DNA of 64,000 nt from positions 1-64,000 of the forward strand of contig JAAILG010000911.1 in assembly GCA_012026655.1 (NCBI GenBank), written 5' to 3'. Below the pieces are notes generated by a model. The model was not told the DNA's origin. It worked only from the letters and a program-made list of their open reading frames with translations, and did no database searches. Below, piece by piece: positions 23,386-35,732 of this stretch (position 1 is its first letter; each line of letters begins with the position of its first letter). The DNA comes from Hydrolagus affinis. Taxonomy: Eukaryota. Both the position numbers and the translations under genes were made by a program.

Positions 23386-24109
23386 TATGGCTCCTATTAG
23401 GTATCAAATGAAACTGGAGGTACACATCAGGCAATCCAGCTGCATATCACTAACCTCTTCAACTATTACAAATACAGAATAAGTACACTGACATTGAGGT
23501 ACTGTGTGCTTATAGTGCGAAAACCAATTTTAAGTGCATGCCATCAAACCTTGGTACATTTAGTAGCAATAAGAACTCCCGAGTTTGTAGTTCCTTAAAA
23601 GTGTCTTCTTAAAACTGTTAAACACTTCAATCCATGTGAGTTGGTGATTCTCACTAAAAGGGTCACCAGCCAGAATAGACTTTCTATTGGACATGATTTA
23701 AAACCAGTCAATCAAAGGATTTATAAAAACGAATAAAAGATTACTCTGGGTATTTCGCGAAGCTGTAACATTCAAAGGGTTTGAATGATGTAATAAATCA
23801 CCAGAATGAACTATGGGCAGTTATGCATACTGCGAAAGTTTCTTGATTGTGTTTCTTTTGAATACACAATATATCTCCATTTTTAAAATGTTGAGCTTTT
23901 TCCCCTTTAAATGTAGGTGGTTGATTTTGTATACAGTATTGTGTTACTGTCATTTATTACTTCCAAGTATTACTCTGCGGGTTCTTATAAAGAGATTTTT
24001 ATTTTATTTTTACAAGGTTATTGGCACTGGACCAAGTATTTTACTGGAAATTAAAGTGCCGAGACCTCTCATGTGACTGGAAGATTTGTTTTCAAAATAG
24101 AAAGAGGAA

Positions 24110-24240
24110 AAAGCTTGCAAATTGCTGAATATCTGAAATAAAATCAAAAACTGCTGGAAATTCACAGAGGCTCAACTAACATCCGCAAAGGCAAAAAGTA
24201 GGTTTATATTTTGCATACATTCCTTAATCAGACCTGAAAT
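24110..24240 (-). mobile_element. Penelope-type terminal-repeat remnant
   Basis: ATCTGAAATAAAATCAAAAACTGCTGGAAATTCACAG matches the reverse complement of the 18935-19050 type. Confidence 0.45.
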
Positions 24241-25059
24241 GAATAGGAAAGAAAGAGACATAAGGAAGAAGTTATATAAAAAAAGGACTCGAGGGGGCAG
24301 TTGATTGACTATTAACAGTTAATGAACTGCTGTTGATGGAAAGTTTGGGAGAAAAGCAAAGGCAGATCAGAGAACAGTCAGAGATTCCAGTGTTATGTGT
24401 TTCAGGGAGGCGGAATAGAATAAACATAGGTGGAAGATAACGTTCGAAGATATTAGTCACTGTTCAAGTATGTGGGCTTCTGCTCTATAGCAATGCCGTT
24501 ATGCCAAATACATATTTGGGATATTGAATGGAGTTCTTTGTCCCTGCAAGTTTGCTTTGCTTGCCACCCACTCATGTAAGGTGACAAAGGAGGAAAAACA
24601 CAAGGATAAATGAAAGTAACATACTGTGAATAGAAAAATGGCTTTTGCAGTAATACCTTGTCTATTTTGGGCCAAAATGGTTTCCCTTCCATGATTGAAC
24701 ATAACTATCACAGAGACATCTGCAATGCACCTTGCCTTTAATTTCAAATGAAATACAAACTATCCTGGTTCTCATCACCTGATAGATATTGAATAACAAG
24801 CTCGAATGTGAGTGGCAGAGAAGTAAACCATGATTGTTTCAAAATGTACTATTATTAAATTTCCTTTTAGATGTTGTTCACATTGCGAAACTAAATGGAT
24901 TATAATTGTTTTGTTTTTTGCTACAATTACTTTGTGAGGCTGTTATACCAGACACAAAGTCTTTTTTCAAGTTGTGCTCATTGGTAGTGGATATGGGAGA
25001 GAAAACACCATGCCTGTCAATTGGTATTGATGGGTTATAATGTGTGGTTCAGTACAGAG

Positions 25060-25568
25060 TAGTGTCCGTCGATATATCGATATATCGGTTATATCGTTAT
25101 AACTTTTCATATCGATATACCGATATTGGAAATTTTAATATATCGGTATATCGAAAAATTCGGTATAGAAAAAATATCGGTATATCCGCAAAATATCGGT
25201 ATATTGTCAACAAATGCCGTGTTACAGCGTACAGAAAATATACAACCAACTGTTCAAATGCCCATTACGCTCCCTTAAACTAACAAAAAAAACATAGATA
25301 GCATTTAACATACTTTGTCGCCGGCATCACAAACCTCCTGGGCATAGAGCACACATATCTGAATGGGTGCGCGTCCCCCTTCTTCCCTTCCCCCACCACC
25401 AAACACAATCAGACATGCGCAGACCGGTCATTCCCCCTCCTCCCACTAAACACCATTTCCGCGCAAGCGCACAAGGTAAAAACCCGGTGATATCGATAGA
25501 TCGGTATATAATCGATATGAATCCACCGATATATTGATATCGGAAAATTTCCATAACGACGGACCCTA
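25060..25568. mobile_element. hAT-superfamily non-autonomous element (MITE), 509 bp
   Basis: Perfect 8-bp target duplication GTACAGAG (25052-25059, 25569-25576); 12-bp terminal inverted repeats TAGTGTCCGTCG / CGACGGACCCTA (1 mismatch); many subterminal ATATCG/CGATAT repeats. Confidence 0.93.
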
Positions 25569-25789
25569 GTACAGAGTTGTCAAATTTAGTCAAGGCTGAT
25601 GGGATGGAAGTCTCTCTGCTTGCTGTAAGGGTCCTATGTGAAATGCCTTTGGGCAGTGTCAGTCCACTTACTACTTATAATAATATTCTTGCAGGTAGGG
25701 AGAACATATCAAACTCACTTCACAAGGTTTTACTGTAAAGTGCAATGATTATGAATCATGAAGCGAATGACAATTTAGAAGATTGTTTG

Positions 25790-25914
25790 CCATCACACTG
25801 AGAGAAAATCCATTCTCTTTTTGAATAGTGGTGTGGGATCTTTAATGTCCACCTGAACAGGCAGGTGGGACCTCTAACACTTCAGCAAACCCCCAATATT
25901 GTACTGGAGTGTCA
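25790..25914 (-). mobile_element. Old Deu-domain SINE interrupted by L2 (continues briefly after 27043)
   Basis: TTTGAATAGTGGTGTGGGATCTTTAATGTCCACCTGAACAGGCAG matches the Deu-like block at ~17090-17140. Confidence 0.65.
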
Positions 25915-27042
25915 ACAACACCACCAAAACAACATTTGTATGGCTCCTTTCACATCGGGAGAACATCCAAAGGCGCTGGACAGTCAGTGTTTCAAACCTG
26001 AGCTGGTGTCAGGAGTGGGGAGGGTGGAGGGAAAGGAGGGGAGGCAGAGGTGACCAATGGAAACGTCGAAGAGGAGGGTCTTGAGGTGGGACTTGAAGGA
26101 GGCTAGGGAGGAGGTGAGGTGGAGGGACCGCGGGATGGAATTCCAGAGGTTAGGGGTAGAGTGGCTGAAGGCTGGTGGGGCGGGTGGCTTGCCAGACAAG
26201 GAGCAGGCCACTGAACGGAGGATGCGGGCAGGTTGGTAGAGGGTTAGGAGGTCACAGAGGTAGGGTGGGACAAGACCATGGAGGGATTTAAAAGTGAGGA
26301 CCAGGATCTTGAATTGAATCCTCTAGGTGATGGGGAGCCAATGGAGTAAGACAAGAATGGATAAAATGGGGTCACGGAGCTTGGTGTGGTAGACGACATG
26401 GGCTGCAGAGTTCTGGATGATCTGCAGCCTATGGAGGGAGGAGTTGGGAAGGCAGATATGCAAGGCGTTGGTGTAATCGAGCCTCGACATGATGAAGGCA
26501 TAAATAAGAGTTTCACTGGCCTGAGGGGTGAAGTAATAGCGGAGTCGGGCAATATTGCGGAGGTGAGGTAACGCACATCGGGTCATGGCTTGGATTTGGG
26601 GGGGAAAAAAAGTTGAGGATCGAACAAGATACCTAGGCTCCTGACTGGCTTGGTGAGGTGGAGTGTGCAACCATGGAGGTTGATGTTGCTAGCGCCTGAG
26701 TTGTGAAGGCACTGGCGCGAGCCAATCAAGAAAGCCTCTGTCTTGTTGACATTCAACTGTAGAAAGTTAGCTCTCATGAAGGACTTGATGTCTGACAGCA
26801 GTGATCCTGAAATCGAGGGTAGAGGCAGAAAGATAGAGTTGGGTGTCATCCGCATGCAAATGGAAGTTGACCCCATGTCTGTGGGTGATGTCACCAAGGG
26901 AGAGCATATAGATATTGAAAAGTAGGGGGCCAAGGACAGAGCCCTGTGGGTTGACATAGGTGACAGAGTGGGGACTGGAGCAGAAGCCATTATTGGCGAC
27001 AAAATGGAGACCGTGAAAGAGGTAAGAGTTGAACCAGCCAAG
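25915..27042 (-). mobile_element. L2-clade LINE, 1.13 kb, includes degenerate reverse transcriptase core
   Basis: Reverse strand reads PQGSVLGPLLFNIYM, FHLHADDTQLY, NFLQLNVNKTE, ETLIYAFIMSRLDY, LHWLPI with frameshifts; target duplication GTGTCA (25909-25914, 27043-27048). Confidence 0.95.
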
Positions 27043-29607
27043 GTGTCAGCCTAGACTGTGAGTTCAAACGGAGATATGCTTATTGATGGTTGGTGTGAGA
27101 AATGGAAAATAATGTGCATGAATCATAGCAGCAATAGTTTGTTGAGGTTGAAACAGAGGAATGTTGATTGCGCAGAATTGAGGGAGTTTTACTTTGCATC
27201 AGGATTCTGCAATGCTTAGACTAGGTTTGCTTGTTGCTAATGTTCGAAGGCAGGATAGGAAAATATTCCATTCTCCTCACCTTGACAAACACAAAAATTC
27301 CCCCTTCCAAACAAAGTATCATGTGGATGTTAACAAGGTTATTTTGCTGGCTGTTACCAGAGCATTCACTACCCTGTATATACTGCTCTGTACCAGTTTC
27401 ACACCCCATTGCTTTTAATGAGAATATTTTATGTCCAGTTACTTCATTTTAGCCATTTACATTGACAATGTTAAATATGGAGCAAATTTGTAAAATATAG
27501 TCACAGCAAGATCATTTCCACTCTCTGTGCGTATGTTTTTAGTTAACCCTTGCTCCGATTAATAGTGAACCTAGATTCACTTATATAGTGAATGTGAGAA
27601 AGCTATGGCGTAAATGGGAAATATTGAAAGTGCAGTGAAGCTGTTAAGATGTCTCTGATCTATTGAGTAGGATTCTTCAGCTTGATACAAAAAAAATCAA
27701 TGAAATTGAAGCTGGAAGCTAAAAATAACAGTATTAAAGCTGCAGTATGCAGTTCATCCCTTCATAATCTCACATTTTCACATAATGCTTTCCCCTCAAA
27801 TATCCCATTTAAAAAATATATTAATCTATTAGAAGTATCCTTTCACATTTATTCACGGATACTAAAGCAGCCAGTATTTGCAATGCTTTAAACTGGAATA
27901 ACCCATTCCAAGTAGAAAAAAAACAATGCAACTCAGAATACTATGGGAAGGAAAAGTTGCTTTTCAAATTATTCTTGTGCTCAATGAAACTGGACGCTGA
28001 AGCTCTACGAAGAGGTATAGCTTCTGTCCCGTGTCAAATAGCTTTTATCAGAATAAATGCGTGGGCTGGTTCAGGGCTCCCAGAAGTAACATTGTAAAGA
28101 TCAAGGCTCCTGATCTTGGAAACATGATTAAAAATATCAAGGCTATGATCTTAATCACTGTTAGAAAAAAACTCAGTTTTGTTAAATAGTTGTATTGGTT
28201 TGGCTAACCTATTGGCAAATCAAGTTTGTTTTTTAAGAAAATAAGTGTTGTTAGAGACCAATTCTGTAAGGACTTAGCTGTACTGTATTTTCCCGTGACA
28301 ACAATTTAGGGAGGAAAGAAAGGAAAAGGAAAGAAAGATAAATAATCTCCTGACATCCTATAATACTTTTTTTTCCAAATAAAGAACTTAAAAACAGCCT
28401 TATAATTGATTGCATGGTTTCTTAGTAGACCTTTAAAACTTTTGAAATAGCTTATATCACATTTACTTATCTTTACTGAGTGGAGAAAACTACTTAAAAT
28501 ATCAAAGGTGTAAAGAGAAAAGAATGAATAAAATACAGAAAGATGGGTAAGTCATGCATAATGTACCTCAGCCTATCAGAGCAAACAATACTGCTATTAT
28601 ACGGCTGCTATATCTTCTGCGTGACTAAGTTTAATATAGGTTTTAGTCTATTTTTTACATTACAGTTTTAGAGAGATAAGATAATTCCCGATTTTAATGT
28701 ATTTTTAATATCCCCTGTGTTACATTAAAAAGGTTTTTCTTTAACAGAGCTTTGATTTCATTGAAGCAAAGTATTTAACATCTTTCATTCTCTATCAGTT
28801 GCATGAGACAGAATGAGCTTACTCATCTTTATAATAGGTCATGTATTATAATATATTCTGAATTTGTGATGATCAAACTGTATCTTGGAATCATAACTGG
28901 TAAAAGTGAGCTTAATTTATCTGGTTTTGAGAAAAAAAAACTCAGGCCTTTCAGCTTGAATAGAATGTCTAGGCTAATATGTTACAATAAGTACTGTTTT
29001 CAACCCAAGCTTTCAAAGACTAGACTAGTTTAAAGAAACAGCCAGTTTTATTGTACCTGAAAATGACATATTGTAAATGTTATGACTACAAAGTTCTAGG
29101 ATAATTGATTCACCCACACAAGCATTTACACCACGAGTTGAACATATTATATAAAAAATTCTATAATCTCTTTGAAATTCTTTCAGCAGTAGATTGCTGG
29201 CTGGTCTTTGATTCATTAGAATGATTGAATCTTCTTCAATGCAGAAAGAGTGCAGATCCCTGTAGGTCTGTGTGAGTGTAAAGGCAAAGGGTTAAAAGCT
29301 TGTCTTGGTGGCATAACTCACTGCTGCTGTGCCAAACAATCACATCTCAAATTGACCTTCATATGATACCAACAGACAACAATATGCTGTTGGTCATATT
29401 CCCCGCATACATCTCTTGCTACTGTTTAATGCCCATCCTATTTATAGCTTCTCATTTTAACAGCACATGCTGAACAGTATGTTTTAATGGTTTTGTTTTA
29501 AAGGAAAGGATTGAATACTATTTTTGATTATTATTGGCACCCATGCCAAAACATTAGGCAGAGTAATTTGAGATGTTGTTTTGAATATTGTACCAGTAGT
29601 ACAAAAC

Positions 29608-29707
29608 NNNNNNNNNNNNNNNNNNNNNNNNNNNNNNNNNNNNNNNNNNNNNNNNNNNNNNNNNNNNNNNNNNNNNNNNNNNNNNNNNNNNNNNNNNNNN
29701 NNNNNNN
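29608..29707. other. Assembly gap (100 N)
   Basis: Run of N; abuts a young SINE copy. Confidence 1.
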
Positions 29708-30005
29708 CATCTTATCAACGTCCCAAAGCGCTTCACAGAATATACTGTAAAGTGAATTGACTGTATATATTTGTGGGCGAATCGCGGCAGCCAATTGCGC
29801 ACAGCAGTGTCCCACACACAGTCGTGGATTGAAATGACCAATTTTATTATTGTGTTTTTTTGGAGGGATTATTATTATGTGTGGAGTAAGGAAACTTGCC
29901 CAAGGTTTCGCCCTGACTTGCCTGGATTCGAACACAAGTCTCCCCAGCTTGATTTCCCCAGCTTGCAAGACAAGTGCTCTAACCACTGAGCCACAGGAGC
30001 TCCAC
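29708..30005 (-). mobile_element. Young tRNA-derived SINE, near full length (tail lost in gap)
   Basis: Reverse strand: A box TGGCTCAGTGG, B box GTTCGAATCC, CCTTGGGCAAGTTTCC block, Deu-like TGCTGTGCGCAATTGGCTGCCGCG. Confidence 0.88.
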
Positions 30006-30229
30006 AATAAATAAATATTAATGAACTTACTTCAATAAAACCCTTCCTTACACCACTTTTATATCAATTGAACTGATATCTGGAGGTGCACAAATGCTCT
30101 GTCTATTTTGAACTTGTTGTGATTTAAAAAAGAAAAAAGCCTACACACAGTATGATTTGGATGTCACATTATAACAGTGGCACTTACTTCCAACAAACCT
30201 GTCTTGGCTTCACCCTATAAAACTGGTTT

Positions 30230-30400
30230 GGAGTGAATTGACTGTAAATATATTTGGGCGAAACAAGGTAAAAATAATCCTTGCATTTCATATAGCGCCT
30301 TATCACATTGTTGAGATGTCCAAAAGTGATTCACGGAATATATTGTAAAGTGAATTGACTCTTGATTTTGTGGGGGAAATGTGACGGTCAACTGCGCTAC
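30230..30400 (-). mobile_element. Young SINE 3' fragments
   Basis: GTGAATTGACT block present twice, plus tail CCTTGCATTTCATATAGCGCCTTATCAC. Confidence 0.75.
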
Positions 30401-30921
30401 TGGACTCAACCCACCAAGATCAAGGACAAACTGTCAGATAGACTACACTTGTGCACCTCAGCGTGTGTATCTATCACTTTCCAAGCAATTTAGCAAAACC
30501 CTGTCAGAAAAATGGTACATGGTGTAAAACTAGAAAACTATGAATAAATGGTGCATTTTAGGTGCCTTTTCTATTTTTTATTCTAGCATAGACCAGATCT
30601 CTTGTAATGCCTGGCTCTGGCTCTTTCTGATGGATCCCAGTCCAGCATTTTATATGACCGTGGATCTTTGAAATCTAATCCACATGGCCGAGATGCATCA
30701 GGATTGACTATTGAGTACATTTAGATGCTCACTTTTTTGTATCAGCATTGCTTCTCTTTCATGAATCACATTTTTGGTTCGAGGGAAGAGACTCCTATAT
30801 TTTTTTCTCTCCCTTTTTTGAGCTCCTTTGTCCAATCCATGAAAGACAACCAAGACTGACAAACAGAAACTTACCCCCAACAATGCACTAGTGCATCCAA
30901 GCTTAGCCACAAGGAGGTAGA

Positions 30922-30988
30922 TAACAAAAACAACAACAAAATCACACTTGTATAGCGCCTTTCACGTCAGGAGGATGTCCCAAGGCGC
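30922..30988 (-). mobile_element. L2 extreme 3' tail
   Basis: (AAC)n + CACTTGTATAGCGCCTTTCACGTCAGGAGGATGTCCCAAGGCGC. Confidence 0.85.
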
Positions 30989-33900
30989 AAAATGAGAATA
31001 TTTAGAGATTATCCTCCTTCCAATTATCTCCCATTTTATTAGAAACATTTGAATATTTCTCTGGGCTTTCTCACACTAAAATAGCTGGTTTGGAGATCTG
31101 AGGATCCGGTTTTAATGCCACAGCACATGAACCCACCAGAGTACCCTTATAGGTCAGGTTTTGTGTAATGTAAATGAATCTTCATTTGCATAGCTAATTC
31201 TTTTGCTTGTCATACATTGCTGAGGCCCTGTGAACAGGAGTTATTGTCCACCTCTCCCTGTCACAAGGAACACAAGTCATGTGTTCCCTGTTGCACTGTG
31301 TTGAGGGAAGAGAATCTATCAAAGAAGTTTTCTGTACTGTAATTTACTTTTTTTTCACATTTCTGGAAAGAGCTGTGAGGTTCATCAAATAAACTAATTA
31401 CTGTGTGTGGGTTGTCACATAGATCACTTGCAGGGGTAGGTAGTGCAATAGATCAGGATTGCGATTTGCTTCAAATCCTCTTTTGTCCCTTATTTGGGGA
31501 TCGGCAGAGTCTCGGAATCAAATCACCAAACTCACATCTCAAAAGCAAAATTTTATCCAGTCGATAGATTAGAAACCCACATTTCACTCTGATCACAGAA
31601 GTCCGAGGGTTAAAATAAAATATATTTTTTTTACAGAAAATATGTTTGCGCAGCTAGAAAAGATGCACGTATTTTGAAAGGTATAAAGTGCAATGCACCT
31701 CTTCTAGATGGTTCAGTTAATTAAAGGGCACTATTGTTTACCTCTCCTTGTGACTGTTACCTGCTGAATCCCTACAGTCACTGCTGATTTCCACCATGTC
31801 TCTGAAATTAGTACTGCATCTGTTCGACCTGATGGTTGCACTGTCCGGGTACAAAATCTTTCATAGATCCATACAATGAGCACAATTACTGCAGAGTAAC
31901 AGACGGTAGAATGGATGCAAACTGTTCAGCTTTTAATGTAACTCGTACAGATTGCCTGGTATTTCTGGTTCAGGCAATATTACAGACACCTTAATTGCTG
32001 GGACATTTAAAAATATCTCACAGAATTTCCATCCAGGAATTAGCTTTTCTTTATCCAGCAATTTTTTTATCTGTCGGATTGTGATATCACACATATAATT
32101 AAAATTGCATTGCAATGTACCTGTTTAAAATATTTAATGCACATACTCCTTTTTTTTCGAGCCATGCGAGTATTCAATTGTTTGACAGCTCAAGGCAAGG
32201 AAGTTTCTGTTTCATAACCGGTTCAATATATGCTGCTTTAAAAATAAAACACGCAACTGATTTTTACATAAGAATTCAGCACGCAAAACACTATTCAGAA
32301 GTGAATATTCCTTTAAAATGTAAAACCTTAAGGGGACCAAGTAGCATAGTGAGTTAGCAGATTGTTCCTTTCCCTAAGATCTTATTGCAAATACAATTCA
32401 ATTCCAGTTCCTCATAGGAACAAGAAAAATTCTTGGATGCACGATTGTCCATGAAATCAGTGTTAAATTGTCATTTGTACTCCGTGTTCTTAATGTTATT
32501 CTTGGTGGTGAACTACCGCAGTAAGAATAGGACTCAGGCACTGAGATTGATGCTGCAGAGCTACCCCTGAAACCACCTGGAGGAGGTTGGTTCTGGTAGA
32601 GTACAATTCATACCTGTTCTGAATGAGTATTAATGCACCTTAAGTGCTCAACTGCTTGAGGTACTGCACTAGTCAGATTAGTTTTGTTTAAAAGTATTGC
32701 TGATCAGCATTCATTTAAATGAAATTCGCTGTGCTTACCAGATTGTTATTCTCAACACAAATTTGTGAAATGAAGCTGACCTCGCTGAAGTCTCATAAAT
32801 CAGCAACCATTCCAAGAAAACTGAAAATCTTGACCAAATTATGTTTTAGATTCGGATAATATTGTGCTGCCTTAATTTTTTTTCAAAAAAGCTCACAGAA
32901 TAAGATTTCCTTTCAGTGTCTCAGTTGGTTTGTGTATTTACCACAAGTTCAGAATTATTGGCAGAATGTTAGTTGATCAATTGACGAACTGTAATGGTAT
33001 ATGCACACAAAGGTCAGTTGAAAGCTACCTACACACAAGCTTAATTTATCAGATGGTGAGGTAGAAAGCACCTACATGCAATTTCATTAGCATGGTGATC
33101 AGGTAAACAACACCTCCAGAATATATTATTCATTAAATGTAACTGAGATATAATATAAAAGCACTGCCTTGCTAGCCTATTGTAAGGTTAGCACAATTTC
33201 CTGCCTATAACTGTTATCCTTATCGTCTTTTGCTCGGTCAGCTGCTTGCTTTGTCTATAAAAGTACGCAATCATTGATAGTCTTTTCCTTGCTTTTGTGC
33301 ACCCTTTTCCAATGACCAAATACTACTAATTTCTGCTGACATAAGTGCCAAGCTTCAGATAGAACAGTATTTCATTACTGTTTCCTCCTCCTCGGTGGTT
33401 ATTTACAGTCCTCTATATACTATGCAGCAATCTTAAAGGAAACTATTTTAATAAGGTGCTGTCTGCTTCTGCAATATGTTACCAACCAAATGAGATTTTG
33501 TTTAAAGATGCTATCAAGAAAAGCATGTGTGCTAAGGTTTTTGTTTTCTCCATGAAATATGCATTTCATATCTCTTCCATTTCATTAACATAATGTAGTT
33601 TGTGCTTTGCATTCTGTGCATAGTACATATTTGATTTACAAAATAAATATTTCCATTAGAAAATGAATTATGTGTGGATGGAATGCAGAAGAGAATCACA
33701 TTTTATATGAAAGAATACAAAATGCATTTCTTCAGAGGAATTAAAATGTGTGTATTTATGTAAAATATGTCACATATATTTTTTACCCACATATAAAATG
33801 TGTGTGTCAAAAAAACGTAAAATGGATTGTTATATTTTACCATCAGGGATGCTGACCTGTTTTCCTTGTTGAAAGACAAAGACAATTATAAAAGAAGCTG

Positions 33901-34249
33901 GAAATTAATGATTTCTTCAAAAACAAAGCCAAAATGACTTGCTAATGCTCATTACTTTCTGGGGGGACCTGCACTGTAAGAGTCTGTGAAATCCAAGTCT
34001 CATCGGTGTAAAATAATTATTGATAAAACTGGGAAACGGTCAATATCCTGCTTATCACAAATGTTTAAAATGGACTTAGCAAATGGCTTGTGGTTTTTAA
34101 AAAAAGGAAAATCCGGAATTGCTAAGGAATCGGAAATAAAAATACTGGAAACCCACAGCCGTTCAATCAGCATCTGAAAGACAGTTAACACCTTGTGTAT
34201 CTGATTTTAAATTAGAGCTGGAATTGGGGCTGCAAGAGCCCTACACATA

Positions 34250-34770
34250 TAGCTACAGAGAAACTATTTCTTCCAGTGGGGGAATCCAGAACAAGGGGGT
34301 ATAATCTTAAAATTAGAGTTAAGCCATTTAGGATTGAAATAAAGAAGCATTTTTTCACACAAAATGTTGTAGAAATATCCCCCAAAAGGCTGCGGATACT
34401 GGACCCATTCAAATTTTGAAGACTGAGGTGGGTAGATTTTTGTTAAGTATCAAGGGCTATGGGGCAAAGGCGAGTAATTGGAGTTGAGGTATGGAGCAGC
34501 CACGATCTAATAATATGGTGGTACAGGCTTATTGGGCTGAATGACCTACTCTACTGTACAGTTAGTACAAAATGTTGTGAGGATGTGGAATGCTCTGCAC
34601 CAGAAAGCTGTACAGGTGGAATCAGTACGGACATTTAAAAGAGAGAGTGATGGGTACTTTGGGGAGTATTAAGCAGTATGTTGAGGGGCATTGGAATTAA
34701 AAGGTCTGGCAAGATCTAATAAACTAGTGGCCCTAGCTCGATGGCCTCCTCTGTTCCTAATTTAATGTTC
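34250..34770 (+). mobile_element. Two adjacent CR1 3'-end fragments
   Basis: TCCAGAACAAGGGGGTATAATCTTAAAATTAGA (SRTRG.NLKI), TTTTTCACACAAAATGTTGT, 3'UTR GGGCTGAATGACCTACTC; a second fragment has GTGAGGATGTGGAATGCTCTGC. Confidence 0.78.
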
Positions 34771-35584
34771 CATGATATAATTTGTCAGCTCACCATTGTT
34801 CAATTTAGGCACCTCATTATCACCAACCTAAAAGTTAGACAGTAATGCAGCTATTGTACATTCTTAATTTGAAAGCACATTATACAATTTGAGTTCAAGT
34901 GGACAATGGAAATCTAATAGTGTTGGGTTCAGTAAAATTTTGATTAATACACAGGTTTATTCTTAAATTCTTCTGGAGTTTTAAGAAATTCCTTCAATTT
35001 GTACAAAATTTCATGGAGTAAATATATTTTAGCATAATTGTATGAAAGGGGATAAATATTGACAGGGTGTGTGGGTCCTCAATAGAGACTATTCGCTCAT
35101 TTTCTAAATCACAACAACAAAATTACATATGGTGAAGTATTTGTATGGTGCCTTTCATGTCGAGAAGACGTAGTTTGATTTTGCCATAAGAAGGTAAACT
35201 GTGTGGAGTGGAATGATGCCATTGCTCTCAAATTTAAAAAAAAAGTACAACTGGAAAATTTATATCATGAAGTGAAAATTAATAAGACCATGTGATTTAT
35301 TTAAAGTACAAATTGTTTTGATTAAATAATATTTTTATAAAGTACATCTACTTTCATATTTTATTCTCATTGAAATTGAAATATGCCTCAGTATTTAATT
35401 TGAGCCTTTAAAAAGTTGGACTGTGAGCTTTGATAGATCACCTAAATTTAGGGTGCACTCCATTCTCTGTGTCTGGTGCTGCTGTCATCTCAATAAAGTG
35501 TTTGCCCATGGTTTGAAATCTACCAATCAATGTGAATTATATGTCATTCAGTTGATGTTTGGAAATTTCTTCCTTTCTTTTCAA

Positions 35585-35732
35585 ACTCGTGATCAGTGCT
35601 GTGAATATGTGGCTTTATTTTCACCCACAAAATGTGCAGTCAATTCACTTTACAGTATATTATGTGAGCTGCTTTGAGAATGTCTTGACATGATAAGGTG
35701 CTATATCAAAATGCAAGGTTTATTATTATTTA
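35585..35732 (+). mobile_element. Young SINE 3' half
   Basis: CAGTCAATTCACTTTACAGTATATT...GATAAGGTGCTATATCAAAATGCAAGG(TTA)n. Confidence 0.8.

Noticed and set aside
25044-25283. Tyr/Arg/Ile-rich ORF
   Set aside because: It is the translation of the ATATCG subterminal repeats of the hAT MITE.
29920-30005. tRNA gene (also at ~58030-58106)
   Set aside because: The A/B boxes continue into the SINE body; there is no complete cloverleaf or terminator.
29511-30007. ORFs spanning N runs (also 49584-49944)
   Set aside because: Artefacts of translating assembly gaps.
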